Below, one piece after another: positions 1 through 15,724 of a stretch of 64,000 bases of DNA (positions are counted from its first letter, which is position 1; the number at the start of each line of letters is the position of its first letter). A program made the position numbers and the translations under genes. Source of the stretch: Piromyces finnis finn. Lineage: Eukaryota > Fungi > Neocallimastigomycota. Location of the stretch: positions 1 through 64,000 of the forward strand of contig MCFH01000053.1 of assembly GCA_002104945.1 (NCBI GenBank). The letters are read 5' to 3'. A model generated the notes under the pieces. That model searched no databases and was not told the origin of the DNA. It was given only the letters and a program-made list of their open reading frames with translations.

Positions 1-3000
1 ATGGATTGTTACGATAGCTCATTAATGGTCTGGAATGTTTAGGTTTTACATTATTATATAATGCCTTATAAATTTTTGCTTTTGCTGTTTCATGTTTTAA
101 AGGCTTTTTATTTTGGTTTTCTTTATTTTTAAAAGATATATTATTGTCTATTTTATCGACTTTATCATTATTGATTTTTTCATTCTCTTCTATCTCATTA
201 TCACCACTATCATTCTCATTTTTCATGTTTAATATTTTAATAGCTTCATTTTCATCATTCATTAATTCTTGAATACTATGATAAAGATCATTACTAAAAT
301 TACTTTCAAATACTTCTTCTTCATTAGTATATTTTTTTAATTTTTCCGATAATTTTAATGCTAAATTAGTTTTTTGATTCAATTCATTAATTAATTGAAT
401 TATATTCAGATTTTTATAGTAATTAATTCTCTTTTTCAAATTAATCACTTTTTTCCTATCAGATGGAATACTTAATTGCACTTTATAATCATCAATTAAT
501 TTATTTAGCTATTGATAATTTATTCGGTTTAATATTAATAAAATATATTTAAAAAAAATTATAAAAATAGTTCTATATTATATTTCTTATTACCTCCTTA
601 ACTTTATTTCTTAACTTTTCATTTTCTATATTTGTAAATATTAATTCCTATATAAAATATGGAAAAAAATTTAATATTGAATTTTAAAAAAAAAAAGCAA
701 TTATCATATATTGGCACCTTTCTTGATTTCCTTAATTCATCATTTAACATATCATCTCTTAATTTAAAATCAGAATAATTTTTCCATAAAGTAGTTTCCT
801 TTTTTTTAAATGAAGCTTTCAAATTGCGTTTCTAATTAAAAATTTTTTATTATTATTATATTACATTAAATAACACAATATCAATTTTAATTAATTTTTA
901 TTGTAGATTATAATTACATTTATTAAAGAATATTTTTACCTCTAATTTACACTGCATTTTTATTTTATTAATTAGCAATATGAAGAAAGATCTCATTTTC
1001 ATATTCTGAAAATATAATAATTTAATATTTAATAAATACAAGATCTATAATTTAACATGTTAATAATTAATATAAACTCACTGTATATTTTAAATCATTA
1101 ATCTCATCTTTATAGTTATTTATAATTTCATCATGTGAAAGTGTTTTTTTTGAAAATTCTATTAATGAATCTGACATCATTTCAGAATTAATAACACTTC
1201 TAAGATTTTCTGCTTTTGACTCATTCATAATTTTTAATGTTTCCTATATTACATTTTTTCATATTTATAATTTTTAATAGATGTAAAATTTCATTTAATT
1301 ATAAATATCGTTATATATTAAGCAACACTTACTTGTTTTGTTAAAATTCTATAATCATTAAATTGTTGTTTAACGGCGATAAATTTGTCAACTAATTCTT
1401 GAATAAGTTCTTTATATTCATTAGTTATTTTCTCTTTAATTTTTTTCCTCTATTTTCATTTAATTTTAATGTTTTTTCAATTAAAAAAATATTTTTCCAT
1501 AAATAATAATAATAATAATAATATATTTATACTTCTTCTTTATATATCTCTTTTTGTTCTTCTATCATTTGAGATAATTTTTTTAATTTCAAAACTACAG
1601 CATCATTAGTATTAGCTGATTCTAATAATACTTCACAATTAAATTCCTATATTAATAAAAAAAATATTATATAATAAATGTTTTTATTCAAGGTATGATA
1701 ATAATTGTTGTATATTATTATTAAACTAGTTAAAATATTCTTACATCTAAAATTTGTTTTTTTTCAAATTTCATATTACGAATCTGTTGCTCATATTCAT
1801 GAAAATTATCATTCATTTTTGTTTGCAAACTACAAAAGAATTTATTAAATGTAATATCGCGTTCTTGTTGCCATTCAAACATATTAATAGCTAAATTATT
1901 TATCTTAATATTCATAAATATTTTTATTATTATTTTAATATTTAATGGTTGCGTTAAATAACTAAAAATAATATTACTTGACTTCATATTATCTTATATT
2001 AATATTAAAATAATCTAATACTATTTATTTATTTACCGAACGAAATAAATCTTTTTTTGATATTTCAATAGTTGAATTTTTAAGATGATCCTTAATATTA
2101 AATTCCTATATATAATATTATAATGTATTAGAAATGAATTGCGTCTAAACAATTTATAATAAAGTATTAATTAAGTACATTTGACTCTTTTTCATTTATA
2201 TTAGAAAATTTAATATCATCAATATTGGTAATATCATCATTTTTTTTGTATTTATTGCTTGAATTAATAGCTGATTGTTCTTTAAATAGACTTTCAGAAT
2301 CAGATAAAATACTTTCATTGAAATCAATATGAGCTTTATGATTTTTAATTCGACTTTGTTTCTTTTTTTTAACTTTCTTATCACTTTGATATATATTATT
2401 AATAAAAGTATTCAATATATAATATTTATAATCAAACTCTTCTTGAGTCATATAAACATTCAAATCAGAATTTTTATTATTGCTAAATAATACAGATTCT
2501 TTTTGATAATTAAATGGGTTACTTGTAATTTTATTTAAATTATTTATCTTTGCCATTAATGAATTAGCATGGTTATAAAGATTTAAAGTATAATAATAAT
2601 AGAGATCATCTTTCATAAGACTAACTTGATATTGTTCAAATAACTATTCCAAAAGAAATGATTATTTTTATATATAATATTATAAAATAAACTTTATAAA
2701 TAACTAGCGGCCTTATTTAAATATGTAATTTTAATTTTTAATTTCTATACTTACAATTTGAACTGCATAACTAGTTTCACTTCCCTTTAATTCCATTGTT
2801 GTATCAAACATAATTTCTATAGATTGAAAAATTTTATAATTATATATTAATTAGATTTTAGATTTATAGACTTGTTTAATTTAAAAAAGAAAATCATTTA
2901 TTATAATATAATAAATACCACTATATTCCCTTTGATTTGAGTCGTTTTTGTAAAAGAGGCGAATTGAATTAAATAAAATATCGTTTTTATAAAACTTAAA

Positions 3001-6000
3001 AAATACTTTTGATTTTTCGAAATCCTATTATTTTAATTTAAAACTTAAAATTAATATTATATTTAAACTTACATCATTACTAATATTATATAAAAAAATT
3101 ACTAACAATTTTTATAACATTCTTCATTCTCATTCTATAATATTCTAATCTGATGCCAGTTAAATTTAACAACTGTTCAAGATATTCAATTTCGTTTATT
3201 TTTATTAGGTAATTTTCATCTTTTTTAAATCTTTTATCATTAGAAAATTTTTTATTCATAACTTCTTCCATCTATATTTGTTTTTTGCATTAATATTTAA
3301 TAAAAAAAAAAATAAATATATGCATTTAATAAAAAACAACTATAATATTATATATTAAAATTTTAATATGAATTAATATATAAAAATAATAATTATAATT
3401 ACCTTTGATATTTTTAAATCACATAACTTTTTATCATTTAATGAAAGTTTATAGTACATATGAATTGAAATTGAATGTATTTCCTTTTTATAAAGTGGAT
3501 ATGAATTCTTAATTTAAAATATATAATATATCAATTCTTAGAAAAATGTTTTAATATTTTTTGTATTAAATGTATACAATATGTAACATTTATACCTGCC
3601 AAATATTAATCTTATATTTATCTTCTTTATATGGTTGTAAATTTAAATTACAATAAGGAATAATTGAGTTAACTTGATCTAGTAACTTTAATAAATAAAA
3701 AAGTATAAAATGAATAAACAAATATATTATATAAAATTATGAATAAATATATTTTTAATATTACTCCATTAAAATATAAAACATCAATTGATAATGATTT
3801 AAAAGCTTTCATTAGTAGATTATACTTTTTCCACTCATAGTATAATATACTTTTGACAGAATTATAATTATCTATTTCATTTATATTTCCTAATTTTTCC
3901 TTTATACATGTAAAGTTTGTCAATACATAATCAGCTTGCTTAATAATATCGTCTAAGTTTATATATTTAAATATATTTAATAATAATAATGATTTTTATA
4001 TTTAGTCTACATTTTTATATACATTATTTTTTTAAATCGATAATGGTTTTATGTATTACTTGTAATTTTATAAATTATATTTCTTTGTAAAAACCATCCA
4101 TAATTTGATGTGAGTTCAAATATGTCTTTTAAATATCCATTTAATTTTAAAGCTCTCTTGAAGTTTTTCTTTTGACTAAATAAATTTTTATTATAATCAA
4201 AATTTTCTAAAAATGGTGATATGTCATATTGCTTTATTTTATTATCCTATATTTATTATTAGTTTAGATCAATTAATACAAAATATATAATATTAACATT
4301 TAGTAATAAAATAAATTGTAAACTCCTTTACCATTATAATTTCTATTGGTGATGAGATATACCATAAATAACAAATGGATTCGTCATTAGAATTATCACA
4401 AATCTTTAATGGCTGGATAATAAAAGAAGAATCATTTAAGTCATCATTACTATTATATTGATCTTCATTATTGATAACATTATTCTTATTTAATTTATTA
4501 TTTGATATTATATTTCCACTTTCAGAATTATTGTCATGAACAACTTCATCATCTGAAATTTCTATTAAAAAAATAAATATAAATATAAAAAATCACCATA
4601 TATAAAATCTTTTATATATATAATTATCACCTTTAAAGTATTCATTAAAATTTTTATATTTTGATATTTGAAATAACATTTTTCCATATGGATATTCTTT
4701 TAATATCAATATATATATAAGTGTTATATTAAATGTTATATTAATAAGAAATAATATATATAGTCATTCAAAAAATAATAACATAATATTTACCTAATAC
4801 TCTATTTTTTAATTTACTTATTTTTTCAATATATGCCACTTTATAATAAATTTCTTTTGTTATTTCTAAATAATTGCTACTAAACCATTCAATTAACTTA
4901 TTCTTTTATACATTAATTGAAAAATATATAATGTATTTAAATTATAATACTATTAATTTATAATGTTATTCTAACATAGAATAGAATAACAAAATAATTA
5001 TAATAATAATAATACCTTTTCTTTTCTTTCAATTAATAATTTATACTGATTTTGTTCTTTTAAATTTCCTTCGAAATTTTTTAGTGAATCATTAATTTTC
5101 ATATTAATTTTTTTCCATTCACTGTTAATAATCAGCTTTAATAATGTTTTTTCAGTTGTAGTTGTAAATACCAAATTACTGTAATTGATATTATATGATA
5201 TACTCCTCTTTTGTTTAATATCATTTGATTTTTGTATTATAACTTTTTTATTTAATATAACTTCCTTTGGAGTATATCTAAGATATTCTTTAATCAATAT
5301 TGGATATATTTCAATCATACAATATTTATGTATATTTATAGAAGAATTATAATTTATTTGTTCTATTTGTTGTAACTTTTTATATAAATAATGTTTTGTT
5401 TAAAAATATATAATATTTAGATATTTGAAATGCTTTTAATGTAAAATTACATTTATATTAAAGGTTTTTACCTTTAATGCCTGTAAAATTTTTGTTAATT
5501 CATCAGCATCAATATATTTCTTTATTATATTATATAATAACATCATTAGTTTCTATTATACAATTATTTATTAATATATTAATGTACACATAAATTACAA
5601 TTATATTATTATATGAAGGCAAATCGAATTCTTCGTCTTCATCTATTAACTCATTATATAGCAATGGCTTAAAATCTTGATGTGGAACTATATAAAAATC
5701 AGTATCTTCTATAACACCTCTATATTCTTCTCTCTCATGCTAAATATTTTAAAATTAAAATATTTTAGTATTTTATCATAATGTTTCAATATATAATGAT
5801 AAAAATACCGCAATATCATTTTTAAAAACAGTTTGAGGATCTAATTCAACCATTTCTGGCTTAATATCATCATTATTATTAGTATCATTAACATTGTTAT
5901 TATTATTAGTTTCACTATTATTAGTAATATTAAACATTTTAACTTTCTCATAATTTTCATCATCTACTGAAACCTTCATATAATAAATTTGTTTGTTATA

Positions 6001-9000
6001 AATTTCTCTACAATATTCTTTATTATATAATTATTTATATAATAAAATATTAATTTAGATTCTTAGAAACATTATTTATATATATGTGTATTATTATAAT
6101 AATAATAATAAAGTATTTTTTTGTAATTAACCTGTTTCAATATACGAATATAACAATTTATTCCTTGAACTAATCATTTTTAAAAAATTTAATAAAATAT
6201 CTCTACTATTATAATTAAATTCTGAATTTAAAAATAAGTTATTCATTGAACTCTCATAGTCTTCATTTGATTTTTTATAATTTGATTCCATATAATATTT
6301 TTCATTTTTACTTTTATTATTGCCTTTTTGTTTTTCTATAAAATCAATATACTGATGTAAATTAGCAATATATACGTCAAGGGAAAAATTATATAATAAT
6401 TAATTATAAAAAATAAACTATATAAAATGGAATAATGAAAAAAGGATATTTTCTAGAATAATATCTGGAATTTGAATATCTTCTAATTGTCTATCATTAA
6501 ATAGTTTTTCAACATTTTTTTTTATATTATCATCCTCAAAATTTGAATTTACTAAATCAATCCATTTTTTCTAAAAAAAGAAAAAGAAAATAAAATTTTT
6601 ATCTTATTATTTATTAACCAGTATTTATATTTTAATTATTATAATAATATTCTTATTTACTTAGTAATATATTTACATATGATGTGTCCCATAATATACA
6701 TTCAATATATATTGGATCAAGAGTTTTATTTGGGAAAACAGTTTTGTAATATTCAATAAATTCTTTTTTTAAATTTTCCTGAATATACAATAGATTCGAT
6801 ATATCTCCTAAATTAGGATATATATCTGTAATATGTAATGATATTTCTGGATAATGCATATTAATTGGATAATATTTATTATTTACTATTATTATAAATC
6901 AAAAATAATTAGTATTAATTTCAATGTCATTCAAAAAAAAAAAAATTCTATATATTACATATTATATAAATATTATTTGAAAATATATTAATTTTATATT
7001 TATTATTTTTAATCCATACAATAATTAAATCTTGGCATTCCCATACTTGTAACATCTTTTCCCTCACTAGCATTATTATTATGCGTTTTTACTACATTTA
7101 ATGATATATATGAATAAAATGATTTCGTTCTTTCTAATGTATATTTTAATATATCTTTAACAAGATTTAAATGATTTTCTAATGAATTAATTTCGCATAT
7201 ATACGAGTGACTAAAATATTCATCCTTTATATTTAAAAAAGGATAAAAAAAGGTTATTAAATATATGCCTTATACTTATTACTATTAATAATGAATAAAC
7301 ATAAACATAATAATAATAATAATAATACTTCATATTGTATAGTTGGTTTTATATTTATATAATTAGTTATAATTTGTGCTAATCTTAAGATATCTTTATT
7401 ACTTGTTGCATTTTCATAAACTTCTAAATAGCAATTAATTAACTTAATATAAAAATGAAATGAGATAATAAATATTATTTTTACACGATTATATTTAGAT
7501 ATATATGTAATATGTCGTATTAATATCATTTATTTTATTTACATTTATTTTTGTATTTTGAAATCTCGTTTCATAATCATATAATTCATATAATATTTCT
7601 GCTCTGTCGTATTTAGGATTTAAATATGATGAATTTTTTATGTCTATAAATTATAATTAAAAAAGAAATTATTAATACATTAAAATAATAATTAAATTGT
7701 GTTTTATCATTACCTTGATCTTTAAATATATCATAACCTATTTCTTTCATTTCACCAGAATATTCAATTAATTGATTGTTAGTTCTTGAATTTAAATAGC
7801 ATGTACCTATTTTTAATAGTTCTTTTTCACGTTTTACCAAATCATCATATGCTATATCTTTAAAATACGAATATTTTTTGTTAAAATTAATAAAATCTTC
7901 TTATTAATATAAAAATTTATATATTTATATATATATATATTTACCATAAATAAATTCCTTTCCTGTATTATCAATTAATTTTATAACATCTCCATATAAT
8001 TTGCTATTGTCATATCTATAATGCCATGATTTATGACTATTATTTAACTTTGATATATTTTTTTTTTTGAATTTTAATCTTTATAATAAAAGGATATAAG
8101 AACATAACTGAGTAATGGCTAATAATATTACTTTACTTAAATATTAATTATTAAATTTATACTTTTCTTCAAAATCAGAAAAACAAAATTTTCTTTGAGT
8201 TTCTTGGTCCTAATTTTAAATTTATATTATATATTAATTTATTGATATTGATATTTACATAATTGTTGAATATTATATTACATCACATAAGTCATTATCT
8301 CTCTTTTTATTCAATTCTTTTATCTAATAATTTTGTTATTAATAATATTAATTATTAATTATAAATATGAAAAAATTAGTAATAATAATGATATTGATAA
8401 TAATAATACAAACATCACATGTTATTCTTTTTTCAATAGATCTTAAATAATTAAATTGATTTAATAAATTATATCTAAATTCTCTCATTCTTAAATGTCT
8501 TAACTGAAAATATTCATATAACTCATATTCAGCAATTGCATTTGATAAATTAGCCTTTTAATCATTAATTATATATTAGATTTAAAATGCATAACAATTT
8601 CATATAATTCTAATATTTTATAAAATATAATATTACTGTCTTGTTACTAGAATTTTTTTCAAGATTTTTTAATATATTTAATTTATTCTGAAAAATGTCA
8701 GTATTATTATCTTCCTCTTTATTTTGAATATTTAGACTGAAATGTAATTAATAAACAAAGTAAATGTTAAAGATTATAAATAAAAAGAAGCATTTTAAAA
8801 TTATATTAATAATATAATGTATATATATTATATCAAGGATATTATGTCCATCTTCGGCATTCTTATAGTTTTCTGAAGAATTTCTTTTAACTTCAAATTG
8901 TGGTTTAATTTCACTATTATTTAACGGTGTTTTTTTATCAACTATATTAAAATCTGTATCTTTTGAAAACTCTTCAAATCTTAATTTAGTTAATTCTTGT

Positions 9001-11342
9001 AATTTTAATATGCAACGTTTCACATCATTAACTTTAATTAATTCATAATTTAACTTCAATTCATAATCAAATTCTTTTTCCTGGTTATATTTAGAAATAT
9101 ATGTGAAATAATGTATGTGTAATTAAAAATATTATATTTTTATATTAGAGATATTTGTGTGTCTTAATTTAATAATAATTTAATAATAACAAAGTACTTT
9201 TAAAAGCCATTCATTGTAACTATAATATTCATCAGAAAATTCTGGATTTATTTGTACTTCATCAATCCAATCGGCATCTCTAATATATGTTGGCATATTA
9301 ACTGTAAATTATATTATATGTTAATATTAAATAATATATAATAATAGCAATAATAAGAAAAATTAATAATAATTATAAATACTGTAAAATTTTGAATAAT
9401 TTTTGGTTTCTTTAAAATCTTGGTTATTTTCTTTTTTATTATTTTCCTCTTTTTTATTATCATCAGCATATATTTGAATATCAATTAAATTATCCTTAAA
9501 TAATTCATTAAAACAAAAATCAATTTCATATGCTAATCTTCTTCCATCTTCTGCAAAAATTGATGAATCAATTTTGAAATGACGAAGTAATGATGAATAC
9601 TTTTGAAAATAAATTTCATATGAACAAAGTTTTAATGGAATTTCCATGTTTACTTTATCTAAAAATTGTAATGAATCAGGCAATAATTGAATATTTTTTT
9701 TATTTTTGATAATTTCATAATTTCGTAGTAAATCAAACATCTCTGATTTTACTAATAACTATAATATAATTATAATTAAAATGTATTTATTATTAAATAA
9801 TTATTAATTGTTGTTGTTTTTATTCATAAATATAAATATGATATTATATATTTAACTATAAATGTTTTTGTTTTTTATTTCTTTTTTTTTTTTTTTTTTT
9901 TTTTGTTTTTTTGATATATAACAATTATATTATTTAATAATTTAATTAATTTACTTTTTGACAAGTAAAATACCATTGTAATGGTTTTTCTAAATATATT
10001 TTTCCTAAGTAGTGATGAAGATATACCAAAAAGTCAGTAACATCAAATCCTAATTTAAAATCTGCTTTACTATAAAAATCATTTTTTATTTTTTCTTCTT
10101 CTTTTTGAGCCTCTTCCTTGGATTTTGCCTTAATATTCATTTTCTTTAATTATTGATATGATTGTTATTATTATAGATTATAAATATTAAAAATAATATA
10201 ACAAATTATATTGATTTATATTTAATACAATAATATAATATTACATTTTTTAGTTTAATTTTTAATTCTGTGGCGAATAATTTTAAATTTGAATATCTCT
10301 TTATTGCATCTCTTAAGTTGTTATAAATTATTGAATGTGCATTTTCAAAAATTTCTTGAACTGACTCCATTTCATTAAGCTTTGGATTATTACCTATTGT
10401 ATATTAAGAATTTATATTAAATTATATTAATTTTGACACTATAATATTAAAGTTCTCTTTTATGTCAATATTTGATTTTCCAATAAAAAATCGATCTTTA
10501 CAAAATCTAATCCATCTTGATATTAACAGTTCACTTTCGTTCAAAAGTTCTCTTATTTGATTTTTATAAAACGATAATAAAGTATAAAAAATATCTTTTG
10601 ATGTTATATTTTTATTTAAGTCAATATTTTTAAATATCTTTTAAAAATTTAAAAATAAAAAATAAAAAAAAAATTAGTTATGGTGATTATTTATAATAAT
10701 AGTGTAATAGTATAAATATATATTACTGATTCATTAACTCCATAAACAGTATTATCTGGAGTATTTAGGATTGAAGAATTTTTATGTTTCTTGATTTTCT
10801 TCTCTCTAACATTTTTATAATCATGAATTTTTCTATAACACATTTATATATATTTTTCACACTTTATATTAAGACAGTGTATTTTAAAAAATTAAAATAA
10901 ACTTATATATATTATATGTTACGCCTTTTTTACTTTTACTATATACCTTATATCTGGTATTAAATATCTGTATTTATTTAAACATGATGGATTTCCTCTA
11001 ATTATATCATTCCATTTTACTTCATTATCTAAATTATATATCAACTTTTATTTAATTTTATAGTTTTTATTATAAATACAAATAAAGTATTAATAAAGCA
11101 ATACTATATATATAAATTATAGCTAAAAAATTATAGCTATATATATTTACATTATTCATTCTTATATCCATAGAACGAAGTTTTTTTTGTATTATATTCT
11201 CTTCATTAAGAGATATATTTGATTCTATTTTAATATTATTTTTTTTTATAAATTCATTACTATCATTACCACTATCTGAACAACTTTCAGATTCATTACT
11301 TTCGTTATTACAAAGTGCTAAGTTAGATTTTAATTTGGACAT
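1..11342 (-). CDS. Large multi-exon CCDC162-like coiled-coil protein, 3'-truncated at the window edge
   Basis: Many short minus-strand exons join through GT-AG introns from MSKLKSNLALC (11342) to a frame still open at base 1 (...KPKHSRPLMSYRNNP). Exon peptides LLISRWIRFCKD, FQLRHLRMREFRYNLLNQFNYLRSIEKRIT, AYDDLVKREKELLKIGTCYL, LINCYLEVYENATSNKDILRLAQIITNYI and KITNEYKELIQELVDKFIAVKQQFNDY resemble, in order, blocks I recall from CCDC162-family proteins. The single-gene interpretation and family name are inference. Confidence 0.55.
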
Positions 11343-12189
11343 TTTATATAATAATGATAATTTACAAAATAAAATAATTATAATGTATATATATTAAAAT
11401 TCCAGTGTAAAGAGAAAATACGAAATTTTAACATTTATTTTTCAAAAAATTTTTTAATCTCTTTATTTCACTTTTTCCTTTTTTAATTACTTTTAATTAA
11501 ATTTTTTTGGAAAATATAAATTTTATTTTTTAATTAATATGTAATAATTAATTTAAATTGAATAAAATATTTTTTAAATCGAATTAAAAAGGTTAGAATG
11601 GGGAAAAAAATATAATATTCATAACTTAATAATTTAGATTTATTATAATATATTAATATGTATTTAATATATTAAATATTTGAATGTTCTATGTTTGTTT
11701 TGTACCTCCATTTTAATAAGGTACTTTAATAATATTTTTTAGAAAAGTGTTAGATTTATAATTTCTAATATAGATATAATGATATTTTCAAATTATCATT
11801 AGTTTTTAAATATATATCTATCTTTATCTAATTTAATTATACCTAAAAAGATAAAATTAAGTTTTTCTAATCTGTAATTATAAAAATATAAAATATAAAT
11901 AAATATACCAGAAGATTAATTATAAATATAAATAAAATTTAAATAAATTATAAGAAAAAAAAACACACTTAAATATATTATATAAAATAAAAAATAAATA
12001 TATATATAAAATAATAAAATAATAAATAATAATAAATTTTTATATCAATAATATTTGATAAAGATAATTATAATATTTTATGTCCGTTTAATTCTTTTTT
12101 TTTTTTTTTTTTTTTTTTTGTTAAACATAAAAAGCTAACATTTTGTAAGACTTAAATCATTTGATTATCATATCATATAAATAATACTA

Positions 12190-12348
12190 CTAATTAATTA
12201 TATTGTCATTAACAATAACATTTTTGTTATTATTAATATTAATTTTATCATCATGTGAATTGTTGTTGCTGTTGTTATTAATATTGTTGTTATTGACATT
12301 GTTGTTATTATTGTTGCTATTATTGTCAATGTTGTTGTTGTTATTATC

Positions 12349-12387
<39 letters not shown>

Positions 12388-13853
12388 ATCATTATTATTA
12401 TTAGAAGGAGGAGGAGGAGAAGTGATAGTAGTTGAAATATTAATTTTACTGTTGTAATTATTATTATTGTAATTGAATTTTTCATTAACATTATTTTCAT
12501 TAATATTAAGATATAGCATTAAGTTTTGATTAAAGCATTGTGGATATACTTTATCATTAAACGTATTTGTTTTATTGGATTTTAATATTGGAATATATTG
12601 TTCATTTATATTATAACATGTTTTTACTGGAATACTGTTAATGCTATAGTTATTAGTGTTAGAAAATTTATCATAATTATTCATACTATAACTATTTTCG
12701 CTTATCGATAAATCATTATTTATTGCTATATCATTATTTTGTTCATAATTCGACTCTAATTTTTTTATATCAACTCCATTTGAATTTTTATGAGCAAATA
12801 GGCACATTTGTCCAAATGGGCAATAATGAGAACCATCATGTCTTACTCTTTCATAAAATTTACATGAAATTCTAGAACATCTTGTTCTAAATCTATCAAT
12901 AATATGCTTTTTTAATGGGCCTGAATGGCAATAAATATCTGATGGAATAAAATGAAAAGAAGGAACATTACAAATGGGGCATTTATGAGAAAATTTTTCT
13001 GAATCAGATTCAGGTACTCTCCAAATTTTCTAAATATATTTTAGAATTAATAAATATATTTTAATAATTCCATTGTAAAAAAAGATATAATAATAAAATA
13101 AGAATATTAAAACTCATATCTTACCTTTATACATTCTAGACAAAATATATGATCGCATTCAGCTTTTCATTTTATAAAGTAAAATATTTTTAATAATATA
13201 ATATTAATATTAATTATTGTTTTTAATTATTGAATAAAATAACTTTTAGTTTTAAATATTACTTAATAAACCATATTGTGTTGGTTTTTCACCACACTTT
13301 TCACACAATAATTCTTTATAATTTTTTGAATGATTCATCGATTTTCCTTTCTTAGGGAAATTATTTTTAGCTTTATTCTTCTTTATATTTGATGCTACAG
13401 TATTGTTGTTGCTGTTGTCATCAAAATGTTCTTGACCGTTGGCTTTATGATAGTTATTAAAGTCACTTTTATTTCCAAAATTCAATTCTTTAATAGAATT
13501 TATTATAAATTGATTATTCTCATTATCTTTATTATTTTTTATATCTATATTTATTAATAAATGAATATAATAAAATTAGCTATAATTTAGATAATAATCA
13601 ATTTTACATTGGAATTTACCTGAATCAGCCAATTTAGATTCAAAAGAATTACTTTTAATATTTATTTTTTCATTAGTTTGATTCATTTGACCATATTTGT
13701 TATAATAAGTAATTGTATTATTAAAATCCAGACTTTTATTTTCGTTTTGACCTATCTTCTTATTATTTGAATTTTCTATATTTTTCTGTAATAAATTATT
13801 TTTAATTCTTATATTAGAATTAATATTATTGTTTAAAAAATTCTCATCATGAA

Positions 13854-13934
<81 letters not shown>

Positions 13935-14975
13935 GATAATTGTTATATGAATAATTTTTATCATCAGTTATTTTATAAAAATTTATTGAATTATTTTTTC
14001 ATTACTAATCATTCTATTACTACTAATATTTTTTAAAAATAAATAATTATTATTAGCAAGATTTTCATTATTAATAAATGAAGAAATTAAATTTTCTGTC
14101 TTATTAAATGAAAAATTATTCATGTAATTCCCGTATGATAAAATATTATTAAAGCCATTATATTTATTATTAATAAAATTATTATAATTGTTGTTATCAT
14201 AGCTTGTATTCATTTTATTTAATAATATTTTTTGTTGCTCTACATTATATTCGCTAAAATTATCAGTTTCATTAATATTTTTTGATATATTATTATTTTT
14301 ATTATTATTTAAAAAATCACTTTTGTTAGCAATTGCATAATCAAAGGAAGATTTATTAATATTAATATTGTTATTGTTGCTATCTATTTTATTAATAGGA
14401 TTGTTATTATCTAATAATAAAGTACTATAATTAAACATATTTAATGAATCATTGTCATTAAAAAAGTTGCTCTCTACATTTTTGTTATTATTAGATAAGT
14501 TTTGGTACTTTTTGTTAATTATCTTAGAAATAAGAGACATATTTTCATGCTTTTTATTTAAATTACTATTATCTAAAAAATTTAATCTATTTAATTTTCC
14601 TTCATTGGAATAATTAAATGGATCATATGAAGAAATTGAAATATTGTTATCCTTAGAAGTTGAAGAATAATTTGAATCACTTTTATTAGAATCTAATTTC
14701 TTTTTGTTCGATTTATTTTTAAGTTCATTATTCTCAAGTGACATTATCATGTTATTATCGGTAACTGAAGATTTCGCCTCGGTAATAATATCATTTAATT
14801 TAACAGAAGATTTAATTTGGTTTTCAAGAAATATGGTTTTATATATATCTGATAAGACATTTTCATTTTTAAGAGCTTCATTGTTATTTATATTAATAAT
14901 ACTAAAATCTTTATTTTTATTTTCTGATAAATTAATAAAATTTTTATCATTATTCTCATAAAAAATATCAGTCAT
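12190..14975 (-). CDS. Makorin-type RING E3 ubiquitin ligase with C-terminal CCCH finger and long Asn-rich regions (one apparent frameshift near 13994-13999)
   Basis: Spliced exons read CEKCGEKPTQYGLLTECDHIFCLECIKKIWR...KCPICNVPSFHFIPS (C3HC4 RING), then KKHIIDRFRTRCSRISCKFYE...HYCPFGQMCLFAH (Makorin C-terminal CCCH). ORFs 13983-14975, 13252-13485 and 12190-12807 are parts of it. Confidence 0.8.
13855..13933. repeat. (ATT)n microsatellite, about 26 units, encoding poly-Asn on the minus strand
   Basis: Uninterrupted ATT run inside the Makorin-like coding region. Confidence 0.95.
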
Positions 14976-15693
14976 TATTACTATTATTTTATTACTATTA
15001 TTTTTATTAATACTACTATTATTACTATTATTGTTGTTATTTAACTATATAATATATAGCATTATTTAAAAACTTAAAACTAATAATGAAAAAATATAAA
15101 ATTCTACAATATATTTTTTTTATTATAAAACATTAACAATAATTATTATAATGATTATTAGAATTTAAAGAAAAAATAAAATATATAAATAAATATGGAA
15201 ATAAAAATTTAAAACAAAAAATAAAATAAAATAATATGAATTTTACGAAACAAAAATTTTTTTTTTTGAAATCTTAAATTTTATAAATTTTAACTTGAAA
15301 AAAAAATAAAGAAGAAGAACTTAATTTTCTTTTTTTTAAAAAAAAAGTCATATATCATAATTCTACTACTATATTTATTATAAAAATTATAATATAATAA
15401 ATTTTCATTCAATTATCTTTCTTTTTTTGTTAGAAAAAATATAATAAAGTTTGAAATAGTAACAAAACAAAATATCAATTTGAATAAATAATAAATCAAT
15501 TTTAACCTATTTTATTTTAAAAAATTTATTTTATAAAATCTTAATCTTAGTAAACTATAATAATGAAAAAAATAGACAAAGATAACAAATAAAATAATAA
15601 TAAAATATGGTTGATTTATTGATTTATTACATTATTTTAAGTTATTATTATTTATTATTAGAATTAATTTTATTATCTATAATAATTATATTT

Positions 15694-15724
<31 letters not shown>

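Noticed and set aside
12198-12500. Poly-I and poly-L ORFs (12198-12500, 12203-12388)
   Set aside because: Alternative-frame and antisense shadows of the poly-Asn Makorin tail.
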